DNA of 45,423 nt from Octopus bimaculoides (taxonomy: Eukaryota). The notes under the pieces were generated by a model. That model was not told the DNA's origin. It saw only the letters and a program-made list of their open reading frames with translations, and made no database searches. Position 1 is the first letter of the stretch. Each line of letters starts with the position of its first letter. This document shows positions 1 to 13,472 of this stretch, in pieces. The stretch lies in NCBI RefSeq assembly GCF_001194135.2, contig NC_068988.1, positions 73,172,805 to 73,218,227 of the forward strand, written 5' to 3'. The translations under genes were made by a program, and so were the position numbers.

Positions 1-41
<41 letters not shown>
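1..41. repeat. (TA)n microsatellite
   Basis: Pure TA run from the first base, followed by a short CA run. Confidence 0.98.
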
Positions 42-48
<7 letters not shown>

Positions 49-444
49 CACAGAGGACGTGAGGTAACATTTCTAATCTAGCAAAAACCAAATGCTTTTT
101 GATAAAAACTTTTATTCATAAGTTTTCTTTCAAGAATATTTTATGACTTCACCTTCAAAAATTGATTCATTGTGGGACTGGAATTGTTGACATTCCTGCA
201 CTTAATGGTTCTTATTCATTTCAGACATCCCCTAAACAATGGCAGCCTTCAGTCAAGCTATGATATTGTGAGGCTGTAAATTAATCTCCCTTTCAACAAT
301 ATAGTAGTTCATGGGATTTAAGTATGGTTACTTTGAAAGCCACAAGTTTGGTGTTACATGATTGTAAAGATTGAATGACATCCATTTTATGGTTACAAGG
401 GCTTTGTGAGGTGCTGAGTCTTGTTGAAACATGTACAGTTATCC

Positions 445-790
445 ACTGTGTATTTCATCCATCCAGGGCTTAATTTTAAGACCCTGTGGAAAAATGTGAA
501 ATAGCATGACATGACTTTCATTACTCACCACTCCTGAAGCCATCACAATTTCAGGAAACTTAGTGTGGGTCATTCCAGGGACATGAAAATGATCTGTACA
601 TAATCATTTCTTCTGTTAAACTTTTGGTCTTGTCTTGACTGAAGTTTTTCTTTTCAGAGAAGAATCAAAGCATGCCATGAATTAGCCTCTTCTCAGTATA
701 TATGACTTGTATCAAATGTTGCCATGCACCACAATTCCAGAAGTTCCACTCTGACTGCTAAAGTTCTTTGGTGATGGCCATAATTAATTT
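445..790 (-). mobile_element. Degenerate Tc1/mariner maT (DD37D-type) transposase fragment
   Basis: Minus-strand translation gives HVPGMTHTKFPEIVMASGVVSNESHVM..FPQGLKI, preceded by an FFS-EKNF-like segment. It matches the same motifs in the copies at 5.4-6.4 kb and 41.3-42.1 kb. Confidence 0.7.
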
Positions 791-804
791 TCTCAGATCA
801 TCAC

Positions 805-1160
805 TATGGCTGAGTGATAAAAAGTTTGCTTCCCAATCACATGGTTCTGAGTTCAGTCCCACTGTATAGCACCTTGGCAAGTGTCTTCTATTACAACTCC
901 AGGTCAACCAAAGCCTTGGGAGTGGATTTGGTAGACAAAGACCGAGAGAAGTCTGTTATGTATGTCTTTGTCTCCTTGTCCTTGACATTATACAATAGTT
1001 GTAAATGAGTATCACTGTCATACAAGCAGTACCGTTCATTTCAAATATTCTGAGAACATGTTTGTCTTGGAAACAGGTGAGGATTGGCAACAGAAAGGGT
1101 ATCTACTCATAGAAAATCTGCCCATGCAAGCATATAAAAATGGATATCAAAATGATGATC
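805..1160 (+). mobile_element. tRNA-head SINE (Octopus-type) with RTE-like tail
   Basis: Head ggctgagtgataaaaagtttgcttcccaatcacatggttctgagttcagtcccactg...gtggatttggtagac is a diverged version of the 3968 copy. It ends in a (tga)-rich tail. Confidence 0.8.
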
Positions 1161-1594
1161 ATCAATGTTTTGAAACTTGGATGAACTGTAGTCTCTGAAT
1201 GTTTAGAATGTTTTTTTTTCTCTTTGATAGTTGAAACAGCCCTGCCAAAGACTTCCAATTCTATCCATAATCTTAAGAAGACGTTTGAATTATGCATCAG
1301 AATTTTAAAAAATACCAACCTGCATGCTTTTATAAGAGAGAAAACATTAAAATATTTCAACTGATTATTACATACTTTTTATAAGGCTTGTTTTTTATTA
1401 TAAAAATTAAGACACAATATAATACACCTCTCTCACCTAAATAATATAAAGTTCAAATGACTGGGAGTTTATAAATTATATCTATTGCAATGTGGATGTT
1501 ACTTTTAATTATCATTACAGAGACAGATACACATCGGTACTGAAACTTTAAATTATGCCATCCATCATCGTATAATGTCTGTGTTCCTGATATG

Positions 1595-1710
1595 GGTTGG
1601 ATGGTTTGACAGGATCTGGTGGGCTCAACGACCACATCATGTTCTAGTGTCTACTTTGGCATGGTTTCTTGGCTAGATGTTCTTCCTAATACCAACCACT
1701 TTACAGAACC
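1595..1710 (-). mobile_element. RTE-tail SINE/LINE 3' fragment
   Basis: Contains ggcatggtttcttggctagatgttcttcctaataccaaccac, the same family as 8168, 35000, 36560 and 37280. Confidence 0.7.
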
Positions 1711-1943
1711 AGTGAAGTCACCATGCTGCTTACAAAATTATAAACCCTGATGGGGCAACTTTTGTATTGAGAGATGTCTCGATTAAGTCTTGTAACTTTG
1801 AAATATTGGTATGGATCTTGGAAAATCTTTATCAAATTCTTCTATTACATTAAAAGTGTAAAGCTTTAAAAATACATAAATATCAAACATTTATATTAAT
1901 AAATATCACAAAGTTAAGGAACTCTTCATGCACTCACCCATAG

Positions 1944-3178
1944 TAGTGAATCAAATCCCAGCATAGATTTTCACATTTCATTTTCATATTTTCAAAGGTT
2001 AATTGTATCTTTTACAACAATCTTCAGATAAATGTTTACAGAGCAAACAGTAGCTATAAATAGGTGACATTGTATTGTTAAAGGAAGATAATCTATAAAA
2101 TACTTCCAGTATTACAAAAGTTTTTATAGTGAATGTTATTTTTAAACCAAATTAAATTCAGATAAATATTATCTGTTCAGAACTGGTTTAAGCGTCAATA
2201 AAATTCTTTTCTTTTTGCCCAGCTTTTAACTTTGAGTCATAAAGTTTATAAAATGGAAATATAAAAAAAAATTTTATTGCTGCATATTTCTAAATGACAA
2301 CTTAATAAGATATGTCTGAGATCAGGGTTTCTAAATTGCTACCTGTGTACTTGCATGTGATATAACTTTCAGTCTGACTGTAGTTCCTCACAATTCAGGC
2401 ATTTGATATTTGAATCTTCCAGAACATAATTAAGAACGAATAGATACATTATTGCTTGGATTCTCACAGTTCTACATGCACCCTGTGAATAATTATCTGT
2501 TTGGCAGATATCATCAAATAATTTGTTTGCTGATTCCTATAAACAAGAGCATGTGCTCTTGTTAGGTTCATTGGTCTGGAAGAGTAGCTTTGACTGAGGA
2601 GACATCACACCAGTAAATTGCATATTATGAACACAAATGAAGGTGTTCTCTGATTATGAAAAACAAGTCATCAGATATTCACATGTGAATCTTTTTTTTT
2701 TTCTCACTTACCATCTTCTTTGCCCACTATTCCTGAGAGGGCCATGGGAGTAAAGTCCTCAGGCACCTCCTCCATTGGATACTATCAGAAGCAACTGTCA
2801 TTAGACCTTCCTGTTGGATTCCTAAGTGCAACCAACTGAGACTATGGAAATTATACAATTTTTTTAATATTTCCATTTTATAAACTTTATGGCTCAAAGT
2901 TAAAAGGTGGGCACAAGAAAAGAATTTTATTGAGAAGTTTAAACCAGTTCTGAACAGACAATATTTATTTTAATTTTTTAATTTGATTAAAAATAACATT
3001 GATTAAAAAGTATTTTAATATTGGAAGTATTTTATAGATTATCTTCCTTTAACAATACAAGGTCACCTATTTTTAGCTACTGTTTGCTTTGTAAATATTT
3101 ACCTGAAAATTGTTGTAAAAGATACAATTAACCTGTGAAAATAAAATGTGAAAATCTATGTTGGGATTTGATTCACTA
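1944..3178. mobile_element. Long inverted-repeat (foldback/MITE-like) element with ~330-bp arms
   Basis: 1944-~2273 aligns colinearly with the reverse complement of ~2856-3178 (tagtgaatcaaatccc...aaaatggaaatat), with scattered substitutions. Termini read TA|GTGAAT...ATTCAC|TA. Confidence 0.8.
2700..2850 (-). mobile_element. LINE 3' end fragment inside the spacer of the long inverted repeat
   Basis: Minus frame HLGIQQEGLMTVASDSIQWRRCLRTLLPWPSQE* resembles the A-x-D-R-x-x-W-R terminus of RTE-type ORFs, and is followed by an A-rich tail. Confidence 0.45.
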
Positions 3179-3967
3179 ATATGTATGTGTACACATATGC
3201 ATACATCATATATATTAGTCATATGTTTGCATGTAGGGCAGCAGTTCTTGATTGGTTGCATGTTTTCTCAGGGTCTCCTGAAGGGTTCAGCACAGTTGTC
3301 ACCCATGGTACTTTTCCTTTCTCCTGCTGATGCCCATCTTAATTCTGTTTTTTTTTTTTTTTTTTTTGCTTATCAATGATCTAACTACCACAAGATATGA
3401 CCAGCCAATTGCATTTCTCATTTTTTGTTTCTGTGGCTTGGAGTCTTATGAAGAAATGTATTTACTGAAAATATAACTCATGAAGAATCAACTGTAGCTT
3501 TAGCAGCTGGAAGTGAAGATCACTCGACTAGTTTTATCTCTCAGAGATAGTTTGCCTTTCTTCTACTGAAGCTAAGAAGAATATATCTTCTCATGAAAAA
3601 TGTAGACAATAACTAGTACAAAGAAATTTACATAATGGTTTAACCTTGACAGCTAATATTTAAAAATGAAATTAATAGACAAGTCTCTTTGATATGATTT
3701 AAAGATGTGGATGTTGAAGTTAGCTGTCTAGATATCTGAGAAATATTTATTTAACAAACCATAAAATTATATTCAATAAGGCCCCTCACTTTACACTTTT
3801 ACCAATCAAGAGTGACATAATTGATTTTAGTTTGATTTATTTGACCTAGAAACCATTGTGTTGTCTCCATTTTATGATATTTTGCTTTTTACTTTGACTT
3901 GCTGCCATGTTTTATTTTAGCAACAGCTGAGTAAGTCTGAAGTCAATACTTTTGTAAAATGTTCAAC

Positions 3968-4365
3968 GAGTGGCTGTGTGGTAAGTAGCTTGCTTACCAA
4001 CCACATGGTCCCGGGTTCAGTCCCACTGCGTGGCATCTTGGGCAAGTGCCTTCTACTATAGCCTCGGGCCGACCAATGCCTTGTGAGTGGATTTGGTAGA
4101 CGGAAACTGAAAGAAGCCCGTCGTATATGTGTATATATATGTGTATGTGTGTGTGTGTGTTTGTATGTCTGTGTTTGTCCCCCCAACATCGCTTGACAAC
4201 CGATGCTGGTGTGTTTATGTCCCCGTAACTTAGTGGTTCGGCAAAAGAGACCGATAGAATAAGTACTAGGCTTCCAAAGAATAAGTCCTGGGGTCGATTT
4301 CTTCGACTAAAGGCGGTGCTCCAGCATGGCCGCAGTCAAAAGACTGAAACAAGTAAAAGAGTAAA
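3968..4365 (+). mobile_element. Near full-length young tRNA-head SINE
   Basis: gagtggctgtgtggtaagtagcttgcttaccaaccacatggtcccgggttcagtcccactgcgtggc head with a B-box-like GGTTCAGTCCC, an internal TA/TG microsatellite and a gactgaaacaagtaaaagagtaaa tail. CpGs are retained. Confidence 0.9.
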
Positions 4366-5410
4366 TCCAATACGTTGCATCCAAGTCCTTATATTATTGC
4401 ATCTTTTGTATCACTAAGTGAAGGTGAATTGCTTTTGCCTGGAGTTGTAAATTTTTCAAGTCTTCTGAGCCTTTGTCTTACAATACTAAGTTGCAAAGCA
4501 GAATTAGCTCTTCAATTCTTGCCTCTGGAATTAATAAGTACAATTAAAAACAAAATTTATGCCTAATCAAAGAGGAAAAGTTTCCTTTCTACTTATTTAA
4601 TACTGTGCACAATATTTGAGTTATTTCTTGATGACATATTTCCTGAAAGTTGATGTAACCTGGGAACTTAATACCATTATGATGGCAGTGTTGTATGTAG
4701 GTACATAATCCCAAATTTTATGATCTTTGTATTGTAACAGACTTACTATTATTAATGATGCATTTTCTCAGTTGTGTATGAACTTTTTCTGCTTGTCCTT
4801 AACGTCTAACTTATTGGTTTCAATTTTTTTGTCAAAAAAGAGTTATACCTTAATTTTCAGTAACTGCTTTTGGTTGGTGTTCATACAACTAGTCTACTGT
4901 GTTTATTTTATATTCTTAACTAGTTTTTCAGTGCAGGTAAACTGCAATAGGATCTGTTGCTTTTGACACACAGAAATAAAATTATAGATTGTTTCTTCAT
5001 ATTTTCCATATTGGGGGTTAGTTTCATCAGTGTTGATTGTAAGGTCTTGTGATGAGATTAATGACTTGTGCAGTGATGATCAAAATCACTCATCTTGGCT
5101 TTTATTCAAATACACTTGAACCACTGAATTGTTCTTCTACCCCTCTACCTTGTTAGCTTTGTTTGAATACTTGTTATACATCAACTAATTCCAATTTTAC
5201 TGTAGTTTTTCCTGATCATGAATTCTTTGGACAGAAGTGCTTTCTATTGAAGTCTCTATACCATCTTATTTACTAATTTCAGTCATAGATTCCAGTACTT
5301 ATTTTAGTCACGTTTGATGAATCTCTAAATTACAGAGATGTAAACAAACCAACACCAGTTGTTGAGCAATGACAGGGAACAAATGCAAATGCCACACACA
5401 CACATATTAA

Positions 5411-6470
5411 CAGGGTGTGTCAGCCATATGAGAACAAAACTTTTGCCAACCACAGTGATTCTGAGATTGCAACATTCTTAAATGTTGCCAAGTCCTTCAT
5501 GCTGAAGATCAGAAAAGAGCTCTTGGCCTCTAATGGGAATGTCTTCCATAGCCAAAAGAGAAAAAGGCATTCTTAACAAGCATTGTCAGTAAAATCAAGT
5601 TTGTCCAGTAAGTTCAGGGCATCATGAATGAGAATTCCAGCAAGTCACTGACAGCCAATCATCTCCATGTGTCAGAGTCAAAAATTAAATGTGTGGTGCA
5701 TGAAGACATTAGATTACAAAACTTATGTTATGAGGGGAGGGAAATTCATGTTCAATAAGACCCGGGAGAACCATTTGCTAAACAAACTCAAACATTACAA
5801 GGAACCCAGCATGTGCCAGTTCTTCTCATATGAGAACTTTGTTCAGAATCAAAAAAGGAACAGGAGGTATGACAGATGTCCCTGTGAAAGCCCCACTGAT
5901 GTCCCATCTGTTGTGCACACCAAATTCCTATAGCCTGGGATGGCCTTAGAGGTCATGTCAAGCCTCCTCACTTTTTCCCTGCAAGGTCTTGGGGACATGG
6001 CAGCCTATATCAAGACAATGAAGAGTTGTCAAGCCATTGATCGAGTGAATTGTTCAGAGGAGGTTGCATGTGTTCCAACAAGACTCTGATCCTTCTCATA
6101 CAGTTTGCATAGCTCAGGAGTGGATCACTGAAAATGTTCACAATCATGTTACTCTTAACATTTGGCCTCCTACTCACTGGACTGCTACATCAAAGTGTGT
6201 CATTGAAAGGGAGATCAATAAGCAGGCCCACAATACAAAAAATTTGCTGATGTCATCTGCTATACCCAACATGAATAAAGATCACCTGATCAACACATAT
6301 AGTCATTTCAGAAGCCTGATTGAGGCAATAATCAAGGCTGATAGTGGTTTTATTAAATAACCTTTTGCATTGTGTTTGTAAGAAAATGTGTGCCATATTC
6401 TATAAAAATATGCTGGAGTTTTTAATAACTGTTTTGTTTTCCTTAAATTAAAATTTTGTTCCTGTAACAT
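5411..6470 (+). mobile_element. Degenerate maT/DD37D (Tc1/mariner) transposon
   Basis: Starts cagggtgtg. Frameshifted transposase with HTKF, HVFQQDSDPSH...NIWPP and EAIIKADSGFIK motifs (ORFs 5667-5933 and 6064-6360). Confidence 0.8.
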
Positions 6471-6475
6471 AACAG

Positions 6476-6635
6476 CTCAGCAAAAGAGACCAATAGAATA
6501 AGTACTAGGCTTTAGAAAAAAGTCCTGGGGTCAATTAGTTCAACTAAAGCCCTTAAAGGTAGTATCCCAGTATGGTTGCAATCAAATGACTGAAACAAGT
6601 AAAAGAAAGATGAAGATAAAATAGCTGACACACTC

Positions 6636-6678
<43 letters not shown>

Positions 6679-6850
6679 GCTTACATACAATGGGCTTCCA
6701 TACAGTTTGTCTACAAATTTCACTCTCAAGGTTTTGGCTCCCTGGGCTATGGTGGAAGACACTACCCGCCCAATATGATATGCAGAGGGACTGAACCTGA
6801 AACTGCATGGTTGTCAAGTGAGCTTCTTAACCACACAACTATGCCAGTGC
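6476..6850. mobile_element. Two SINE fragments (3' tail on +, 5' head on -) joined through a TG/TA microsatellite
   Basis: 6476-6610 matches the tail of the 3968 SINE. About 6686-6850 is the reverse complement of its head. Confidence 0.75.
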
Positions 6851-7314
6851 ATAAAATAAGAACCAGCTGGGCACAGAGGTTGATGTATCAACTATCCCCT
6901 CCCCTAAAATTGCTGGCCTTGCACCAAAATTTGAAACCATTACATTCATTCAGTCTGAATTCAAATTAATCAATTTGTTATAAATAATAAATCTTTTGAA
7001 TATGTTGGTAAATACCTTCCTGATTTTCCTACAGTTTGACAAACTATGGTTAAAATCCATATTTATTGCTATTCAGGAGATTGTTGGGGGTAGTGAACTT
7101 TATGAGAGGTATGTTAATTAATTTCCATGGAACAGCACTTCTGATGTTAATTTATTTAAGTTTAATACAAGTTAGTCAGAGTGAGGAAAATTTAGTGTTG
7201 TCTTCTATTTTATGATGTTCTCTGAACATTTTCAATGATTATCTGACAATGTAAGCTTCTTAAATGATGAGTAGGATATACTACGAAAATCAGTTTTAGG
7301 AGTGATTGTAAGCA

Positions 7315-7900
7315 CAGGTATGGCTGTGTGGTTAAGAAGTTCGCTTCCAAACCATGTGTTTTTGGGTTCGGTCAAATTGTTTGGCACCTTGGGCAAATGT
7401 CTTCTAATAGCTTTGGGCCAACCAAAACCTTGTGAGTGAATTTGGTAGACAGAAACTGAAAAAAGCTATCTCCAAGTAGCTTGTCAGACAAGACCCTGCA
7501 ACTGAGTGAGGTATTATACTGAAGGAGGTGCAAGTATGGTAGAAGGATGGGAATACGTGTCTAGCTGAAGAGGAGATATATGGCCTCCCCAGCTGGAAAG
7601 AGAAAGAGAAGTGATGAGGACATACCCTCAAGGTACAAGGTGAATATAAAAGAGAGAGAGAGAAGAGATAAACAGAAAGGGTGTGTGTGTTGCCTTGTCT
7701 TGAAATTGCATAATAGTTGTAAACGAGTGTCACTGTCAAACAAGCAATATCCATCTTTATCAGTCTTTTATAAAAATGTCCAGCCATAAGGAAATAATAC
7801 CTTGCTTGGAAACAGGTAAGAGTTGATGATAGGAAGACATGCAGATGTACAAAACCTGCCTCAATGAATTCTGTCTAACTCACACAAGCATGGAAAAACG
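7315..7900 (+). mobile_element. tRNA-head SINE interrupted by a ~200-bp unrelated insert (~7480-7680)
   Basis: Head at 7315-7480 and tail at ~7680-7900 match the copy at 805-1160. The intervening purine-rich segment does not. Confidence 0.7.
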
Positions 7901-8167
7901 AATGTTAAAAATGATGATGCATACTATATCATATTATTTCTCCCTAATTTTGTTGGTAACTAATGTTTCATTTAAAAAGTTCTTTTTTGAAGCCTACTGT
8001 GAAAAAGTTGTTATTTTTCAAAAAAGTATACACATATACTCTCATTGATACTTAAAGAACACATGTACTTTATTTGGGAATGGTTGATTGACCTATTCTT
8101 ACACATTTCTTTTTTGTACCCCAGTGTTAAAACCTTTATTTTTTCTCTCCTTCAATAAAAAGACAGA

Positions 8168-8295
8168 TTGGTGTTAGGAAGGGCATCCAGTTGTATAAAT
8201 CAAGCCAAAACAGACTGGAGCCTGGTGCAGCTCTCCAGCTTACCAGTTCCAGTCAAACTGTCTAATCCATGGAAAATGGATGCTAAATGATGATG
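8168..8295 (+). mobile_element. RTE-tail SINE fragment
   Basis: ttggtgttaggaagggcatccagttgta...tgctaaatgatgatgat. Confidence 0.75.
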
Positions 8296-9534
8296 ATTCA
8301 AATATTTAATTAGCTTTTCTTCCTTATGGCATATCCTCTCATTTGAACTATAGTTTCTTGGATTTCTTTCTCTTTGGAAATTCATCATTGAATCACAAGG
8401 CATCATTCTCCCTGTGTGGGTCCCTTATTACAATTGACTACATTCTTCATCAGAACATTGTAAACCATTCATGAATGGTGATCAGATTCTTGATTCAGAA
8501 ATTAGTAATTAAAATTTATCTCCATTGACCTGCATTGATGTCTGTCAACTTTTCATATCTCAGGCTTGACTTAAGTAATTTTAGACTTATACAGTTCCCC
8601 TTTTGTATCAATTAATCTCAAAGTTTACTTAGCTATTCTCAATGCAATTTCTTAGTAATAGAGTACTCATCTGTCATTTTAAATATTCTTTGATTTTAAT
8701 TGCTTTCTTGTTTGTGGCTGTTATATTTCTGTAGTATATGGTACCCTTCAGTTGTGTCTTTTTTAATTGTTTTCAGGAAATCTTTTCTAGTTTTCTTTTT
8801 GTTTCTTTGTGAATTGTTTTCTAAGGTTTTAAAATTCTTTTCTGAATAGATTTGGGCTGAATATCAAATTTCCCTTTTTAATTATTGACTTGATATATTA
8901 GTTCTTTTAACCTAATAATATTGTTGCCCATGTCTATTTTCATTAAATCTGCAACAGCCATCATTTTATCATGGCATTTTATAGTTCCAGTTTTAGCTTA
9001 GATTTTAGCTGTTTTACATTTTTTTTGTTGTTTTTTCTTTCTTTCAGGCCTCTACCACCTATGTCAGATTGTAGGTGTATATTCGAAATGCAGACATTAT
9101 TTTTTTTGTTTTCCTAGTTCATTTAGTGTCCAGTAAAGAATATAATAACTCTAACTTATAACTAGGACATCTAGAATATTGATGCCTATTACTGTTTTTT
9201 TGTCATTTGGCTGTCTTTAAGTATTATAATTCATCTATAATATTTCTTCTTATCTTTTCTTTAATTTGTGTTTGTTATACTCTATATAGTTCATTGATTC
9301 CTAAGTATTTATATATCTGCATTTGGTTCGGTTATCTTATTTCAGTTTCTTTATCTAGTACAATAGTGTTCTTAATTAGTTTTCCTCTCTTCAAGGTTGT
9401 TTTAGTACATTTTCTAAGCCAAATGTCATTATTATTATTACTATTTCCATTTCACTTTCAGAACTCAAAATTTTACTTCTTCTGGTTAATCCTGTAAGCC
9501 AAATCTCATAATTCTTTCAACTATAAGAACAAGG

Positions 9535-9730
9535 ACTGAATTTTAGTGGCAGGTGGATAGTCAATTACATCAACTCCAGTACTCATTTGGTACATATGTT
9601 ATCGACCCTGAAAGGGTGAAAGGTAAAGTCAACCTTGGTGACATTTGAACTCAGAACATAAAGGTGGACCAGATGCTATTAAGCATTTTCCCCAGGACTA
9701 TAATGATTCTGCCAACTCGATGCCTTACCA
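9535..9730 (-). mobile_element. SINE of the second family (central gcctttcatcctttcggggtcgataaa domain), CpG-eroded
   Basis: Reverse complement matches the copies at 28.9 kb and 33.1-33.5 kb, and is flanked by (att)n. Confidence 0.8.
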
Positions 9731-10244
9731 AATCTCCTAATAATAATAATAATTATTTCTATTTCGCTTCTCAGAGCTCATCATTTTACTTGTTCCAGTT
9801 AATTCTGTAAGAGTAGAAGGCAATCTGTTATCAAAGGTCTCAAAAGGTCACTTTCCAAAATAATTAACACCCAAGTACCAATCTCAAAATTTAAAAAGTT
9901 TTAGGCCTTATGCTTATAGTAGAAAGGACTATTATTATTATTATTATTGCAGATATTAATGAGAAAGGTATGTTCAATCTTGTGTCAGAAAAATTCTTGA
10001 ACTTTTCAGCTTTCATCTGAATTGGGAGAGAGGGGAAAAAAATCCTTGCCTTTTTAGTGAGTTTTTCTCATTTTACTTGATTTCTCCAGCCGAGGAAATC
10101 ATCTATTTCTAAATTTTGCATTTTCAAATTTGTCAGTTTCCTTAAGGAAAAAGAAAAGGAAAAAAAAACACGGAACCCCGAGAAGAAATAATAATATTCA
10201 AAGATGAATATAACACAGGGAGTAGAACAGGGTTTAACTGAAAC

Positions 10245-10277
<33 letters not shown>

Positions 10278-10487
10278 CTTAAAAAATGAGTTCCATATAT
10301 CTGCTTTAGCTATGGCAATGACAGCTATGTTTTAGCTATGGCAATGACACTATGTCAAAGAGAAAAAGAAATTGGTGAAGTCTGCTTCAAATCAACTTGC
10401 TGACAAAAACAAAAATCACCAACAATGAGACCAGAAGGAAAACTTTATTTGCCTCTATATCTACTGATGAGTGGATCATATACTTAC

Positions 10488-10578
10488 ACAACCACAAGGA
10501 AGATATGTAAAGAAATAATGAATGTCACATGACTCTGCAATATTCATGAAATTTCCAATCACTGAAGTACATCACAAC
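10488..10578 (-). other. Candidate 91-nt internal exon of an unidentified minus-strand transcript
   Basis: Minus strand reads caatatctatttttcag|GTTGTG...GGTTGT|gtaagtat, with textbook acceptor and donor. I did not recognise the sequence as a repeat. An internal ATG opens MNIAESCDIHYFFTYLPCGC to the donor. Confidence 0.45.
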
Positions 10579-12124
10579 CTGAAAAATAGATATTGTTTGT
10601 AAAGGTATAAACACAAAAGAAAGCAAACTTTAATAGCCCAGTTAAGATCAAGTGGAAAAATGATTGCAGGAAGTGTGGCCCTCAGTAGGAGACAGTGGGT
10701 CATGCTGTCTGCAACAGTGAGGTGCAGTATAGGACTGGTTGCTACAAATTGATCACACTATACTTGGGTATGGGTGGTCAAGATATGGCTCACTAAAATG
10801 CCATTCCATGGGAACCAGGCCAGATGGTGGCATTGGTGGAACATCCAAGTTCACTCTTTAGTAGAATAAAATGGGAATGCTGCTGGAGTTCCTGATGTTG
10901 GTCACACATGAGGACTTAGCTGGCATCTCAGGTGACTTCTAGTTTAAAAATTGTGAACAAATGTGAGTGATAGTGGAAGGGAGAAAGCCAAAATACAACA
11001 CATGTTGCAAAACAAACCACCTCAAGGTTTTTTTTCCAACAGGATGGAAAGGAGCAGAAAGCCACAGACAATAACTGCTACCAACACCCAAATCACAGCA
11101 AGAAAACAATCAACAACAAAGGATTCCTGAGTACTCATACTCTCCAAGCACTCAGATTTAGAAGAGGTAAGCAACACAAAGTGTCAGACTTGCATTTTGT
11201 AGAAAGGTTACAAAAAAAGGAAAACAAGTTGGACTGATGAATCTGCCTAAAACCTTGAATGTTGGTGGCACCGAGTCAAACAACACCTCAAAAGGTGCAG
11301 CCAAACCAACAACCGCAACAACAATAGCAGCAGAAAAAGAAACTAAAGCAAGTAGAATAGCTAAAGACAAACCAACAACACCACCAAAATCAGGAGCATC
11401 CATTGAATGCATCAACTAAAAACAAGAGCTGAGAAAACTACAAACACAGCAACAACTCACCAACAAACTGCTCAACTATATAGTTCTCCAAAATAAAAAT
11501 GATGATGGAGTATGTGCACTTTAATAAAGACTAAGTCTCTTACTTCAGGTGAGGACCTCGATGAGGTAACCATATCAAAAGCTCTACAAGAGGAGACTTG
11601 GCAAGAACAACACCAAAAGTATCACTTCTCAAGAATCTTTTTCCAAAATGATGAGAGAAACTTTTAAAATATTTTAGACAAAAGGATTATGGAGGCCTAT
11701 AGAAAGGTCCTGAAAAAAGGGGTAAGTGACCTCCTCAACTGTTTTTTTTTTTTTCATATTAGGACTAAGCAGTATAAATGTACACAGTCAGCAGTTGGCA
11801 TGGAAACAGAGACACCTGCTCAATGGCCTCACACTAACAAGACCTGGATTTATGAATAGAAATTGTTTGACTTCCTTTTGGATGATTATGAGGCCTACAT
11901 CTTTAACTGATTTGGATCATAGTGATGCTGTTTTGGAATGAGATAAATATAGTTTCCTTTGCTTGATGGTAAATCGGTCTGGAATCTGAGCAACAGTGAA
12001 GATTACAGTGATGGTGGTGGTAGTGGTGAAGAAGGACATTAGATAAATGACTGTTTATACACTGACTAGAGCAAGCAGGCTGGATTTCTTTAGATGTCTA
12101 GAGACACTACTATGAACATCTAAC

Positions 12125-12530
12125 CCATGAATTGGATGGCCTATTCTACCAGCTTTATTCCTACATGCTAGACTTGCTCATTCCCGTTTTGGCAGTCATC
12201 TACTGCAGTTGGCAACAGACTGAGAGCATTTCCCATTGAGTTAGTCTGAGTGGTGACACTGATGAAGAAGAGTAGATGCACATAAGAGTAGATGTGATTG
12301 AAAATTTCAGGTACATAACTGCTCAAATGGAAGTTAAAGTCTTGGCAAAGGTGCTCACCAAGAAGCTGGTGCATGTCATCAGTAGTGCAGTTGAGAAAGC
12401 ATAAACTTATAAAATTTCCTGCAAATCTATCTACAACAACCTCAACCTTATGCAGTACATCATAGAGCAAGTCAGGAATAGATTGGACTTTGGTGGGGTG
12501 CTAGTTAATTTGGATCAGTCAAGATCTTTT
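12125..12530 (+). mobile_element. Tx1/L1-clade LINE reverse transcriptase fragment (degenerate); probable ORF1-like remnant upstream (~11.0-11.7 kb)
   Basis: ELDGLFYQLYSYMLDLL...WQQ and ENFRYITAQMEVKVLAKVLTKKL...NNLNLMQYIIEQV...GGVLVNLDQSRSF correspond to RT subdomains 0-3 (NFRPITLLN..KILAK..DQ.KAFD). Confidence 0.8.
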
Positions 12531-13472
12531 GTCAATGTTTCAGTGACTTTTTGTGTATTTCTGTTTGCATAATTGTCCTCTTTCTCTTTGGTTTTCAAAA
12601 AGATATTCACATCAGCAGGGCAACTGACCTCCAAGATACACTTTCTATATTAATTTTGCACTTGGTAAAAGTTTTGATGGGAATGTTCCACCAATATTCC
12701 TAGTGTTTATGTTTATGTATGCATCCAGTAACAGGTGGATTCTCAATATTTATCCCAGGACAATCTTTTTTTCAGATGACATTTTTTTAGGGATAGCATC
12801 ATGTTGCATAGGGAAGTAGTACTTTTATGACATTTTGGGCAGCAGCTGTTCATGTGATGTTTTCCACAGAAATGTAACATAATCAACATTTTCAGTTGTA
12901 TCTTTGAGTTCCAAGGGTTTCACTGTCTCTTTTGTTCATTAGGTATTTTGTAGCAGTCTCTTCCTCTTGGATTGCAAATGCATAGCCTTTGAAGCATGAA
13001 GCAATGTGACAGTTGTGAGTTGAAGAAAAGCTGCACTTCATGTTGATATTAGTGTCATTTTTAAGTCTTTAGTAAACATACATATGCATGGTGTTCTTTC
13101 GGTATGGTGCCAATTTCACATCTAGGTCTCCTTTGAGGCATATTAGTCTAGCTGTTTGGGGTTGTATGAAAAGTCATCAGGAAGAGAGTATTTCCTGAAG
13201 AACTCACTGCCAACACAAGATATTGTCTTCTTCACTTTACAGTGCTAGGTTTATATTTGATTTTTGCTGCTGTTGTTTAGCAGAACTTGACTGAGAGATA
13301 CTATATGATATTTGAAAGCTGTCTGCACTGATCTCAGGCCTCTATTGCCTTCCCTTCTTCTTAGATTGAGCCTGTTGATATTACTTCTGTGGAAGTTTCC
13401 AGTTGATGTCAGGATTTTGTTGGTCTTAATATCTATGGATTGGATATCTTTAACAGACCAGTCAGTTATGGG

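Noticed and set aside
526-592. Apparent minus-strand exon with strong GTG|GTGAGT donor
   Set aside because: The frame continues through the donor as maT transposase (MASGVVSNES); the splice-like signals are coincidental.
2705-2850. Strong minus-strand donor GATG|GTAAGT at 2712/2711
   Set aside because: All three upstream frames contain stops and the sequence reads as a LINE 3' end.
3968-4050. tRNA-like sequence with B-box
   Set aside because: It is a SINE head; no cloverleaf or acceptor stem, and many diverged copies exist in the window.
9048-9075. Possible + strand micro-exon after ttttctttctttcag
   Set aside because: No partner exons or homology; such signals are common in T-rich DNA.
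11158-11415. Hydrophobic 85-aa ORF resembling a membrane protein
   Set aside because: It is the antisense of an A/C-rich low-complexity stretch in a probable LINE ORF1 remnant.
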